Under the pieces are notes generated by a model. That model ran no database searches. It saw nothing but the letters and a program-made list of their open reading frames with translations, and was not told the origin of the DNA. Source: Azolla caroliniana (taxonomy: Eukaryota; Plantae; Polypodiophyta). From it: a DNA stretch of 64,000 nucleotides. This document shows, piece by piece, positions 12,401 to 24,295 of the stretch. Positions within the stretch are counted from its first letter, which is position 1; every line of letters begins with the position of its first letter. A program made the position numbers and the translations under genes. The stretch lies in assembly GCA_043228905.1 (NCBI GenBank), contig JBHGNT010000006.1, positions 22,444,001-22,508,000 of the forward strand, in the 5' to 3' direction.

Positions 12401-15050
12401 CGGTCTTCCATTCATCTCCCGGTCGGATCCGCACGAGGTTATACGCTCCTCGTAGATCGATTTTTGTAAAAAACTTGGCACCATTAACTTGCTCTAAAAG
12501 ACTTGATATAAGAGGAAGTGCATACCTATTCCGGATGGTGACTTTATTCAAGCCGCGGTAATCAACGACGAGACGAAGTGAGACATCTTTTTTCTTGACA
12601 AAGAAGATGGGTGCACTAGCCGGAGATTTCGAATGATGAATAAACCCGCTTGCCAAGTTCTCCTCTATGTAGGCTCGAAGGACTTCTAACTCGGTGGGTG
12701 ACAAGTTGTAAATTGGTCCCCATGGTGGCTCTGCTCCTGGTTGTGAATCGATGGGACAATCATAGGGACGATGATGAGGAAGAGTACAGGCTTTTACCTT
12801 GTCAAATACATCGGCATAAGGATGATATTTCGCCAGAAGTTGCACTAAGGATTCCTCCTTAATAGTGTTGGAAGGATGTACTGATATTGCAAATAGGAAC
12901 ATTGACTCCTTGTGTCCTTCTTCGCATAATTGACGTAGTGAAATGGTCGAAACTCGATGAGTAGATTCTTGGGGTTGTCGATGTCGGACTTCTCTTGTTC
13001 TCCAATCTATCTCTGGATTATGTAATTCAAACCAAGGTAATCCCAGGACAATGGGATGCTTGGGACTACTAATTATATTAAATGCTACTACAGACACAAA
13101 ACTACCTAGGACAACTTGAATGGGTTCTGACTCTTCTACAATATTCCTGGAAGCAATGGGACGACCATCAATGACTACTACAAATGTGGGGCAAGGAAGT
13201 TTTCTTAAGGATATCTGAGAAGCTTGGGCAAACTTTTGATCCATGAAACAGGAATTAGCTCCAGAATCTAGAAGTGCTAGGACGTGTACTGGGGGAGTAC
13301 TTTTAGTACTAACCATAACTTGGGCTAAGAACACATTGCTAACTTGCTTGGAGGGAATGGAACCACTAATGGGTTGTACAGATCTAGGGTTGTCCAACCA
13401 AACGGCTCCTATTTTGGCTGGATTCAATCATTTAACTCTTCATCTAATTGACTAAGGATTTCAAATTTGTTTGAGATACTTGGGCTATTAGTACGATTAA
13501 TACTATCAAACACTCCTAAGGGAAGAATTGACTCGGGTTTAGTACAGGCTACGATTTGATTTACCTGTCTTCTTGGCCTATGGGGACAATCGATTGCGAT
13601 ATGCCTTGGTCCACCGCAATAAAGACATAATCGGTTTGCACGTCGTCGTTGATTTTCTTCTTCCGATAACGGGCCACGTCGACGCATGGTGTCGATCTCC
13701 ATCGGTGTCGGAGTATTTGCTTGAGGTATGTCTCGTGCATATGGTTTAGCCGCGACTGAGGCGTAAGTGGGCTCCGGCCTAGAGCGTGGTATTTGTAATT
13801 GACGTTCCAAACGCCGTTCAAAAAGGCGGTTGTCACATTGGACCGCTCGACTTATTGCCTCCGTAAGAGACTTTGGTTCTTCGGGGAAGGTTAGAAGTAG
13901 ATCTTTGACATCGTTTCGTAGGCCGTAGCGAAACTCCTCCATTAGTGCCTGATCATCCTAGGGGATTTCTGAAGCGAGTAGACGGAAATCCACCGCGTAG
14001 GTAGAGGTTGGACGATCGCCTTGATGTAATCGTCGGATTTTGTTGATCGTCGTCCGGATGTTGTCTGTATCTCCAAAGCAAGCTTTAAACTCACTAATAA
14101 AGTTTTCAAAGTTATTAAGTAAGGGCGATTGTTTTTCCAGAAGCGGAGCAAACCATGCCAAGGCTGAGCCGCTAAGCAACGTGCCTATGAGGCCGACTTG
14201 GGATGCATCAGTGGGGTATCGAGAAGGATGCATTTGAATGACTAAGCGTACCTAATTGAGGAATCCCCTAAATTGCGATCGCGTTCCATCAAATTTCACA
14301 GGAAGTCCAATCTTGGGCTCTTTATGAAATCCTTAGGGACTTGATCCTTGTTGTTGTTGTAACGTTGCTTCGAGTTGTTGCACACGTAACGCTAACTCCC
14401 CATGTTGTTGCTGCATTTGCTGTTTTTCTAGGGCGATTTGTTGAAGATCCCCTAACAACCGTTGGTTTTCTTGTTCCAAGGCAATAAATTTTTCTTTTAG
14501 AAACTATAGCTCGGAGAAAACAGATTGGTATTCTTGGGCGCTAACAGAAGCCATTGTATAGAAAAAGGATAAGAGGATGAGGGAAACCAAAAGAAAGACT
14601 AGAGAGGAAATTTGGTTCAAACTGTCAGGAATAGTACTAAAACATAGAGAGAATTAGTACTAGAGAAGGGAAGTACAATTAGTACTAAGAGGACGGGACT
14701 GCGTAAGACTCTCGAGAGAGAGGAAAGAGAAGAGAAGAGAGAGAGAGAGAGAGATGAGGATAATAGATGATATATTTTAGAAAGAGTAAGTACAAGATGG
14801 CTATGAGGCTTAAGACTGGCCTTGAACCAATTTGGTTCAACATAATGCCCAGTGCCTTCTTTTATAGTGTTCTCGGGAGTAATCCTGAAGCTTCTAGAAT
14901 GTTCCAGAGAAATCTGGAATATACATCAATTTCCTATAATAAAACTTAAATGAAAATAATATTTTATGTATTACAATAGATCGTATAATGGTCAAGAGCT
15001 CAACCCATATAACATAAGGTCATGGGTTCAAGTCTTGCCATATCATGACA
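9461..15050 (-). mobile_element. Full-length Ty3/gypsy chromovirus (Tcn1/Tf1-like), disabled by stops and frameshifts
   Basis: LTRs 9461-9908 and 14623-15050 (~6% diverged by eye); PPT AGGGGGAGATAG. gag (KFDGTRSQFRGF, CLYCGGPRHIAIDC), PR LLDSGA, RT YLDD, RH DALD, INT and a chromodomain (YEVAAVLDS...TWEP). Flanks CGAAC and CAGAC are each one transition away from a TSD CGGAC. Confidence 0.95.
11991..13427 (-). pseudogene. Gypsy pol segment (protease + reverse transcriptase), 478 aa open frame
   Basis: LLDSGANSCF, RLVVDYRGLN, KIDLRGAY, MPFGLTNAP, YLDDLLIYS. Downstream RH and INT are interrupted by stops and frameshifts. Confidence 0.9.
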
Positions 15051-17613
15051 CAGACTATATGGTGTCGTATATTCACGTTGAATGCCGCACTGCCAGCAAA
15101 ATCTGATGAATACTTTTTATTTGAACTCTCCTCAGTTGTTGATCTAAAAGCATTTTAGCTTCCGTCCGGACTGGTTTTCCACCAAGGCGAGCAATTTTGG
15201 AAAGATCGAGAACACTCAGTTTTTGGTTCTGGCCGGATATGCCCACACCTTTCGAGACGAATTGTCGATGAAGTTGATGAAGTAGGAAGCGCCGCCAAGA
15301 GATTGATGTGCCATTGGGCCACAAATGTCCAAATAGACCAATTGAGAGGATTTGATTCTCTTGGTGTTGTCATCGGGTGTGAAGTCGCGGCTTGTTTATC
15401 GTATCGGCAATGCTCACAAAATTGGTGGTCGAAGAAGGAGAGTTTGGGGATATATCCGGCTCTAGATAAATGCGTCATGTCGGCCTTGTTGAGGTGTCTG
15501 AGAGGTCCTTGCCATAATGATGACACATGAATATCAACTGGGACAAGTTACCCTCTCTGAGTGTGACGTATAACGAGTACAAAGAATGTACTTTCAGACC
15601 TCAAGTAAGCAAGAGGTTCCCCCAGTGGAGTGTCCAGCATCCTGATGAGAAGCCGACACATATGCTATCTTCGTCAAGTTCTCCAATCGAGATCATTGGT
15701 CTTGAGAGCTCAGGTACATGTCAAAGATTATGTAATACCAATGTAGAACAACCCGAAAGGTTGAGCTCGATTGTGCCAATTTCAATTATAGCACAATGTA
15801 GTGAATTTCCAACTCAGACTAAGTCGAAATGGCGGGTTGAATATTGTGAGGGGTCACATGATCGGAAGCACCTGAATCCAAGAGCCGCGTGTTCGATTCC
15901 TTACTTGTCATAAGCAAAAATTATGATTCAACTGAGTTCTCAATTAATAGTATGTTCGGGCCGTCCGTTAATACTTCTGTTGATGAGCCAACATAGTTGA
16001 CCTCCGCTTGCCGACTACCCTTCGGATCAGCTCGTTGAGCTTTGTCATTCTTTGCTTTAAGGGTGCAGTCGTCGGCCTTCACAGGTCCAGGCTTTTTGTA
16101 ATAGTTGCATATTCAACTTTCTCTGGACTTGCTTCGACTTCGCGGATTACTCGACGGTCAAGAATAACTTCTTCCCATGTTGTTCGGTCAGTCAACCGAA
16201 CTTTGTACTACAAAAGCATCCTTGGCCGAATCATTAACAAATGATCTCCTCTAAGCATTTTTCGTCAAAATTGAGCTCTTTGATTCAGAGTAGCTTACGA
16301 TTGTTTTGGATGTGTTGCACACAATGGTGACATAGGTTTCCCAAGATGGAGGCAACCCGCTCATCAATACAGTTATAAAATTTAGCTCATCTTCTATGGT
16401 GACTCCCTGAAGTCGACAATTGGGAACTCAAATTCCCATATTCGTTTATATGTGCCTGGACCAAATTAGATTCTTTCACCTGAAGGTTGTAGACGCTCCA
16501 AATCAAACATATATTTGTTGCGAATACCTTCTTTTCATAGGTGTTCAACAGTGTCTTACAAAGTTGGAAGGCTATTAGACATGATTGCACTGTGAAGTGC
16601 ACCGACTCCGACAAGTGCATCTGAATGGTGGCCTAGACAATCTAATCTAATTTTGTCCACTCATTCGGCGTATACTCTTCTGGAGGGTTTCCGAACTCGA
16701 TTAGATCTATCTGACCTTTGACAATCAAATAGTCATGCATTTGTCCCTTCCAGAAGTTGAAGTTCGACCCGATCGAACTTCCTTAAACTCATCTTGGATG
16801 AGACAGATGTTGAGTCAGCTTGGGAAGCTTTGTCCGGAGTCGGCTACAAACAATGGTAGAGTGCATCCTGCTAGTTCACCCGAATTCGTTCTAGCCGGAT
16901 TTGGACACGAGCCATATCGATTTGTGTTCGGTCTAGAGTGGCTACAACAGATTTTATGCCTAGCCGAATTGGGCCCGAATTTGTCGATTTAACCAATTAG
17001 GTTTCGTGGGGTGTTGAACTAAACCTGCCCGAAGTGACTACAACGGTTGGAGAGACATAACCAATTGTTCTTCCCAAATAACGTCTAGCTAGATTGGGCA
17101 TGGTTATTGTTGATCCAATTCCTTATGTTGGTTTCAAAGCCGATCACAGATTATATGCCATTTGTGCCTTTTCTAACGCCGATCCCGTACCGAGTGGCTC
17201 AGCATGTGGATGGAGAATGCCAATTGGCCTATCCGGATGCTGCCTAGCCACAGATGGGGTTCTACTTTAGGCCTGATCTTCTTCAAGTAGTTACAATGAG
17301 CGAGTGAACAATGTTTGGATGACCTATCCTATTGTCATCTAACCTATGAACCACGATTGAAACTATTTTGATAAAAAGTTTAGAGATCTTCAAGGGGGTG
17401 AAGGAAAGAGTATTGTTAAAGACAGAAGACGGCCGACAACAGAATACTAAACCGAGCTCTAATACTAGATGTTATGAGTGGCCATCAAATGCGGAACAAA
17501 ACCAACACTCTATATGATGACGATCTTCTAGTTGATGGTGAGCAAGATCAGGAAGAACAGATTGACTAGAGAAGCAAAGGCTACTATAACAACAAACAAG
17601 ATCAAGATTCAAG

Positions 17614-17665
<52 letters not shown>

Positions 17666-17814
17666 AATAGGCACAAACTGTGTAATTGTATTATTATCAA
17701 GAAGTTATAATAGCAACAACTCTCCAACTAGGTTACAAAGTTCAGTTTAAATACAAACTGAACTAGGGCAACTAACCTTTCCAATATTTACAAATATGGC
17801 CTAGATTTAGTTTG

Positions 17815-18499
17815 TGTTGAGAAACAAGTCCCTCCAGATGAGCCGGATCAGACGAGACGAAGGGAGGAATCGAACCGAATGGATCCAAAACGGGTTCGGC
17901 CAGATCCGGTATGAACCAACAAGTAGGAACATATTTGTACATATGATCAGACGTGACCGTTGAGGTCATATTTGTAAATAGCCCATAAGTTATATGAGTA
18001 TAAATATAACTAGGGCAAATAGTGTTTTATGAGGTTATTATTGTTATTGTTGTAAAGACAAATAGTGACAGAGAGAGTGAGAGAGAAACAGAAAGTATTT
18101 CCTATTGTAACCGCCAGTTGGCGAAGACATAGAGGTCGAGGTCATTGCCTCTGAGACTCACATTGTATCCTTCCTCTCATAGTGATAGTTGGAGTCTGTG
18201 GGCTCTCGTGGTTTTCTCGATTAGGGCTTTTTACACATAAACATTTGGTGTAGTCTCTATTGTCTGTGCAAGTGCATTGCTATTTTCTGTTTATTTCTTC
18301 CACTGTGTGTTCGAGACTTGGTTATGGCCGAGTGCTATTCCGCTCTGTGGGCTCTCGTGGTTTTCCCGATTAGGGCTTTTTACACGTAAACATTTGGTGT
18401 AGTCTCTATTGTCTGTGCAAGTGCATTGCTATTTTCTGTTTATTTCTTCCACTGTGTGTTCGAGACTCGGTTATGGCCGAGTGCTATTCCGCACAATCA
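17815..18499 (+). mobile_element. Solo LTR (Y) with internal tandem duplication and no TSD
   Basis: Starts TGTTGA and ends TCCGCACAATCA; TATAAATA at ~18000; flanks GTTTG and ATGTG do not match. Confidence 0.7.
18195..18492 (+). repeat. 149-bp tandem duplication inside LTR Y
   Basis: 18195-18343 vs 18344-18492, about 3 mismatches. Confidence 0.95.
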
Positions 18500-20300
18500 A
18501 TGTGAATACGTCCATTATGTACCCATATTTGACATCCACAACTAAAAATCCGGTTGAATAATGCGAGTTGCTTGTGATTTTTACAAAGGCTCCATGAATG
18601 AGGAAGTGGCCAATAAACATGGTGAAGAACTGAATGGTTTTCTAGAAGTCCTAAATGTGCATATGAAATAACACATTCAGTAAGGCAAGGATGCCCACTT
18701 GCCTTGTACCTATTCATTTTATATGCAGAGTCTCTATTAGCAAGTTTACAAGTTGTTGAGCCACGGATTTAAGGCCTGCGATTTCCAATGCATGATAAAA
18801 AGTTGATTATATCAGCCTTCACTAATGATACGATGTTGTTTGTCAATAGGATGCAAGAAAACTTCTGTAGATGTAAAATCTTATTAACAGTTTTTGTAGA
18901 GTTTTAGGGGCCAAGATAAATTGTCACAAGTCCAAAGGTTGGTTGATTGGAGGCAAATCTAAGGGTTGTAGATATAAAAACTATAGTCACCAAAAACTTC
19001 AAAAATCAACGGATCTAAACAAGGACTCAGAGATAATTGCTCTTGTTCAGTGGTTGGCAAAATACACCCACAATGTTTTTCGATAATTAACATTAGAGTC
19101 CCTTAAAGTTAATGTTAATCCATCATAATACAAACACTGAACCTTCTCAATCTCACATATGAGCCACCTCTTAGCACAATAAGTACCTCTCTGTGTCTTC
19201 ATGTGTGTGTTCTGGTATTGCTTGGGGAACTGCCAATAAGTTTTTGCGAAATTTCGAGCGTGACTCCTCTTTTCTTACGATTTTGTTGCATCCCATTTAT
19301 TGACCTCTTTCTCGCATATTGGTTGCCGTCGATGCACTGAAACTATACAACTTATTTCATAGAGTTGTCATTTGTTGTAGACAATCCTCAACATAAACCC
19401 TGTCGATTGATCCTAATCATTGCTCTAGCCATTTCGTAGCTTCTATAAGCTTATGTATTTGAGACTTCCATGATTCCTACCTCTTCTACTTTTGCGTTCA
19501 TCCCCACTTTTGTTTCTACATTCATCTCCATTTCTACGTCTGCATTCATCTCCACTTTTGCTTCTCCATTCATCCAGCGTAGGTCACATGGATTGCATGT
19601 ACACAGTGATGTACAGAAATATATTGCCCTGTCATGCTTATAAGAGTTTGTCTATTTGACACTTCACATAGTTACTAGTTTTTATGTTGGGTGTTCACTT
19701 CACATCTATGGTGTCAAAACATGGCTTTGAGGGGTGTACATGGTTGGAGTGCTTCAATACCAAAGGGAATATACAAGACATTAAATGAGCTAATGCAGAT
19801 GTTGAGAGCTCTACAACAATGGTATAATTTCAGGAATGGATGCCAATTAGAGTGTTTACTAGATGCAAGAAACAATCGGAAGTAGACCCAGACAACTGCA
19901 AAAACGATGTAGCTTCTAAAATCTAGGTATTGGAAGGTATAGGCCTAAAGAACTTGATGTGGGACCTAGTAGAACTAGGATGGAAAACTCCACAAGGTAC
20001 TATTCAGTTTTTTCAATATTCGTCTAAGCTTGGCAACAATATTCTACGACGCAAGAACATGGAGCAAGAGGGCATTCCTAATAGGTAGACCAGGGAAGAA
20101 TTGGATGACAATTTCCTAAAACTATATGGAAACAATTCAGGGCCACAAAGATTGTAGAAAAAATAAAAGCATTCTTATTGTTATGTAGCCACTGATCTCT
20201 CAGTAGGCGCTTGGTTGCAGAAAAGGGGAATTGATGGGAAATGTAGCTTGTGCTCTTTTGGAATATATAAAGATTACAATATATTTTTGTTGTTCATGAT
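18500..20300 (+). mobile_element. Degenerate L1-like LINE ORF2 remnant
   Basis: SVRQGCPLALYLFILYAESL...LIISAFTNDTMLF (RT QGCPL and decayed FADD motifs) at 18660-18845. Weaker C-terminal Cys-motif remnant at ~20150-20260. The right boundary is uncertain. Confidence 0.6.
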
Positions 20301-21239
20301 CATTATCGATTTTAGAGGAGTTCAATGATAAATAGAGAGGAGTGTGCCATATAGGGTGATGTGGTAGATAGAACTATTGAGTGTCTATGATTACATTACT
20401 AGTGTATATATTGGATTGTAAATACACTTTACTTAACTAATGGGAAGCACCCTTTCTTCGGAAAAATAAAATAAAATCTAAAACACCAATGGGTAAAAAT
20501 TAGAAAGTTTCATTTTATTATTTTCTAAAAAAACTAGTTTTTGTTTTCTTTTTCCCAATTTACCATTCAAATATTAACTCATACATTTGGACTCACATAT
20601 CATGAATCGCGGTAACCTATAATGTACCTCCCAAAACACTGAAGCTAAAAATAAAACCTTGGTCGTATGTGTCTTTGTTAGCAAACCTTGCCAATTGTTT
20701 ATTCCTCTCTTTCTCTCTCTCATAAGGTTTTCTTGTCTTTACAACTTTTATTTACTTACAAGTGTTTATTTTATATGTGTTTGGATCAAGTTTTAGTTGA
20801 TGATAGTCCATGGCATGGCTGAATTATAGAAAGTGATTCTCTCTCCGATTAAAAAATGCACTCATTAATGGTTGATTCGTCAATGTCACGATATGATGAC
20901 CAATTGCTCGTCGACTTCACAAGGAGATACCTTTTTCTTTATTAATGTAATGTCGTGGTTTAGGGGAGAAACGTGAAGTGGTAATCGTTGACAATCTTAT
21001 TGATAAAATAAATGAATCAAATTTACATTCAAGTCGGCAGACAACTTAAGATAACATTGTCTCTACTTTCTACTTTCAATATTCTATATTCAATGATTGT
21101 AAGGATGAAACTTTTTCCATTCTCCAATCAAAGACCATGTATATGAAATATAGTTTCCATCTATAAATGGAAGTATTATGTTCGACTTAGCATTGACATT
21201 AACACTTAATCAAGTTGAGATATTATAAATTATTTACTT

Positions 21240-22560
21240 TTATACCAACGGGTGATTTATCTCGGGGAGTATGTGAAAATTATGTTCACGTATCCACAAA
21301 TAAGTAGAGGTATGCATCTATGTGTGTGTGTGTACATGTGCAAAATATTCATTGTGTAAATATGCGACAGTTGCGAAAACTTATCATAAGGACTAGTGTA
21401 CAGTTCTAATGCTTGTACAAGTTTGTCATAATAGCCACAAACAATGTACACACAAACCTACCATGAAAGACCCCAACAATGTATAATTCTAGCAGTTGTC
21501 TGGACTTGGTACAAAGGAAACCTACATGATGTGTTCCACATCACATATTACATCTAATTATTAAAAGGCTTCCTAGATAGTTTGGTGACGCACACCACAT
21601 TTTACCTCCTCACACACATATATGAATACATCCTCATGTGTTATGATAGTGTTCAAACTTTTCAAAGGACTCGTGGATAAGATATATCCAAAAACTTTCA
21701 TTATAAAGGAAGCATGTACATAATATGTCCCATGGATCAAATTATTCGATTAAAACACATGTAATGTCTTTCATAGACCATAAATTGTTTAAAAATTAAA
21801 TATGCCTAACATCTTTTGTGGAGGCTTTGGGCATTCTCTTCTAGGTTCAAACCCTTTAACACTTGTCATTTGCCTCAGTTAGCGAAGTGCTTATTAATGA
21901 TATTAGTTCTAATCAAAAGCTTGCTATTGTCATTGAAGAGGATTTTTACCTGTGATAATATGTGTTCAGTCCAAGATTAGTGGCAAGTAGACATAAACTT
22001 TTACCAATTAGAGGTTTCAATGACTAGGTGATGTCCTTTTATTCCACACATGGTTTAGATGTGGCATCAATGGCAATCATACATTGGCTTTCACCGATTT
22101 GATGTTCTATTTATATGCATAAATATCAATATAATAAATCGCAAGGTTGGATCAATGGAAGACATACTTCGACTTTTCTCTGAGTCATGTACAACATATG
22201 GGATCAATGGTCCTTAAACCCAACACATGTGTTTTCCACGTATCACCAATATAAAGAAAACATTGACTGTTATGGGCTTGATCTCACATGGTCATCTACT
22301 CATAGCGAATATGTACAATTTTGAGGGAGTGAAGTCTTACATACAAGCACGATCTTTATCGACTATATGTCTCATTGATTGGGATCAAAAGGCCCTAAAA
22401 TGTCATTTCATGGTTTACACATGCGGTGAGGGTAAAGCGAGCATCATAATTTGCCGAATTGATCCCATGATGCATGGTCAGGCAATATACCAACAAACCA
22501 TCATGGTAGATAAAATGATGTTGATGCGATTCCAATAGGGGGTGCAAACTCCAAAACCAA
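21240..22560 (-). mobile_element. Ancient gypsy pol remnant
   Basis: Decayed integrase-like VYIVCGYYDKLVQA (cf. YILVxxDYxTKWVEA) and RNase H-like words; many stops. Confidence 0.4.
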
Positions 22561-23099
22561 CACTATAACTATTCAAGGTTCCTTTTCATGTTTTTTTTTT
22601 CATATACCTTGCCAAGAAAACAAACAAACCGAGGGAGGTCTCCAACCAATCACACACTTCCTTCCACAAGTCCGCCCATGTGGATGGAACGAATTGCAGA
22701 TATCGCGCACACTCTTGAGTTCATGCGGAGGTTACATTTTCACATAGAAGGAGAAACCAAAGAGGAGAGGCATTCATCCAACTAGATATGAGGAGAAAGA
22801 AAGAAAGAATTAACATCTTCTAACACCAAAATTGGCCCGTGAGACAGTTGGTTTACAACAAAAATGGGGTATTTACCCATTCATCGAAAGTAAAAATAAA
22901 AAATAAAATAGAACTTAAGCTAAAGAGTTCTAGTAAAAAAAAAAGAGCATGTACGATGGCTTTATACTAGGCCTAGTTTCATTTCCATCCAAGTCTCTCG
23001 AAAGAGAAGCGGGAGGTCAAAGGGTTTCGATGTGGATGGTGGCCCGTGATCAAACACGATATGCTTCTTTCTTTGTGTTACATAACTAAAACATCGAGT

Positions 23100-23269
23100 A
23101 AATACATTCATATACCGTATACGTATACATATACATATATATATATACATCCAAAACTACATAAAAGGAGAAAGGATAAAATGATATGCTTCTTTTTTGG
23201 TAGATAACTAAAGCATTGAGTAAATACATATACATATACATGTACGTATACACATATACATATAGACAC

Positions 23270-23333
<64 letters not shown>

Positions 23334-23372
23334 CATATATGTATGTATAATGTATCAGTATGTATGTATGTA
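23100..23372. repeat. (CATATA)n/(CA)n/(TA)n microsatellite complex just upstream of the WD40 copy B first exon
   Basis: Visible directly; includes an imperfect duplication of 23059-23130 at 23183-23250. Confidence 0.9.
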
Positions 23373-23399
23373 TTATAAAGTGGTAATAATAACTTGCCG

Positions 23400-23556
23400 A
23401 CAATCAATCACCCCCTTCCCCTGTTCCTCCTCTGTTCCTCTCAGATCGCTGATTCTTCTTCTGCAGCACACACGCACAATCACAGATATTCGCCGCATCG
23501 ATCTCCAGACTTCACAGCTCCCTCCCTCCCTCTCAGTCATCTCGTCCGCCTTCCAG
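23400..23556 (+). other. Probable non-coding 5'UTR exon of WD40 copy B
   Basis: CT-rich leader ending at donor CAG|GTTAGT (23556/23557); acceptor TTTTTTCCAG at 24281, 14 nt before the ATG. Confidence 0.6.
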
Positions 23557-24295
23557 GTTAGTTACGGTGGAAGATCAGGGCCGGGGTTTAGGTTTTAGTC
23601 TGTTTTTTTTTAAGATCAGGGTTAGTTTTAGGTGTAGGCGAAATCAGGTTTAGGTTATGGGGTCCATGTTAAGGTTTGATTTTATTTTTATTTTTGTCCA
23701 ACACATCGTTAAACAGAGTGAATTTTTTTTCTCCAAGGTCAGGGTTACTGTATCGAGAAAACAGAGTGAATATTAGGATTAGGTTTTATTATTATTATGA
23801 GGACATCAAAGAAACAGAGTAAATTCTCCCCAAAGACGAGGAATGAGTTTAGGGTTACAATCAGGGCGTTCATTAAACAGAGTGCAGTTTTGCTTCTAAG
23901 ATTATTGGTTTGCTACCGTATAAAAATAGAGTGAATATTAGGGTCAGGATTGGGGTTTCCTGCTACCATATCAAAAGAAATGGAATGGATATCCTCTTCT
24001 TGCATCAGGGATAGTGCATTAGCACGGTCAAAGTTAGGGTGCATTGTTCCTCATGAGTTTAGGATTATCTGTTATCATACAAATAAAACAAACTGAAGTT
24101 TTTCTTCCAAAGTTAGGGTTGGTGTCTTGTGGTTTCGATATAAAAAAGCAGATTGAATGTACCTTGTTTTATCTTTTAAGGTTATGCGTTGTGATTTTTG
24201 TCACCATAATTGGAAAATACTGAGTGATTTTTTTTCTTCTTTCTTTTTCTCTGGTACTTCTGTACATGGTCTTTTTTCCAGAGAATTGGCTTTCA

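Larger units (their letters stand above)
7479..17814 (-). mobile_element. Degenerate Ty1/copia element (X) with both LTRs truncated at their outer ends; hosts the gypsy insertion
   Basis: Direct LTR homology 7479-7716 vs 17546-17814. 3' LTR boundary at 7762 next to the PPT (CTCCCCC on +). 5' LTR boundary at 17470 with degenerate Met PBS (TAGTATTAGAGC on -). gag ~16390-16800, GAG-pre/INT ~15060-15530 and ~9220-9460, RNase H (DSQG...SKHIYVRYHF) 7991-8272. RT largely deleted. Confidence 0.88.

Noticed and set aside
19497-19576. 24-bp tandem repeat (TTCATCTCCAC...) as a coding repeat
   Set aside because: About 3 degenerate units with no supporting ORF or splice context; likely TE debris.
23086-23403. 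YV/CI-repeat ORFs (also the SL/ER ORFs at 17472-17750 and MA/GY ORFs at 31108-31596)
   Set aside because: Microsatellite translations.
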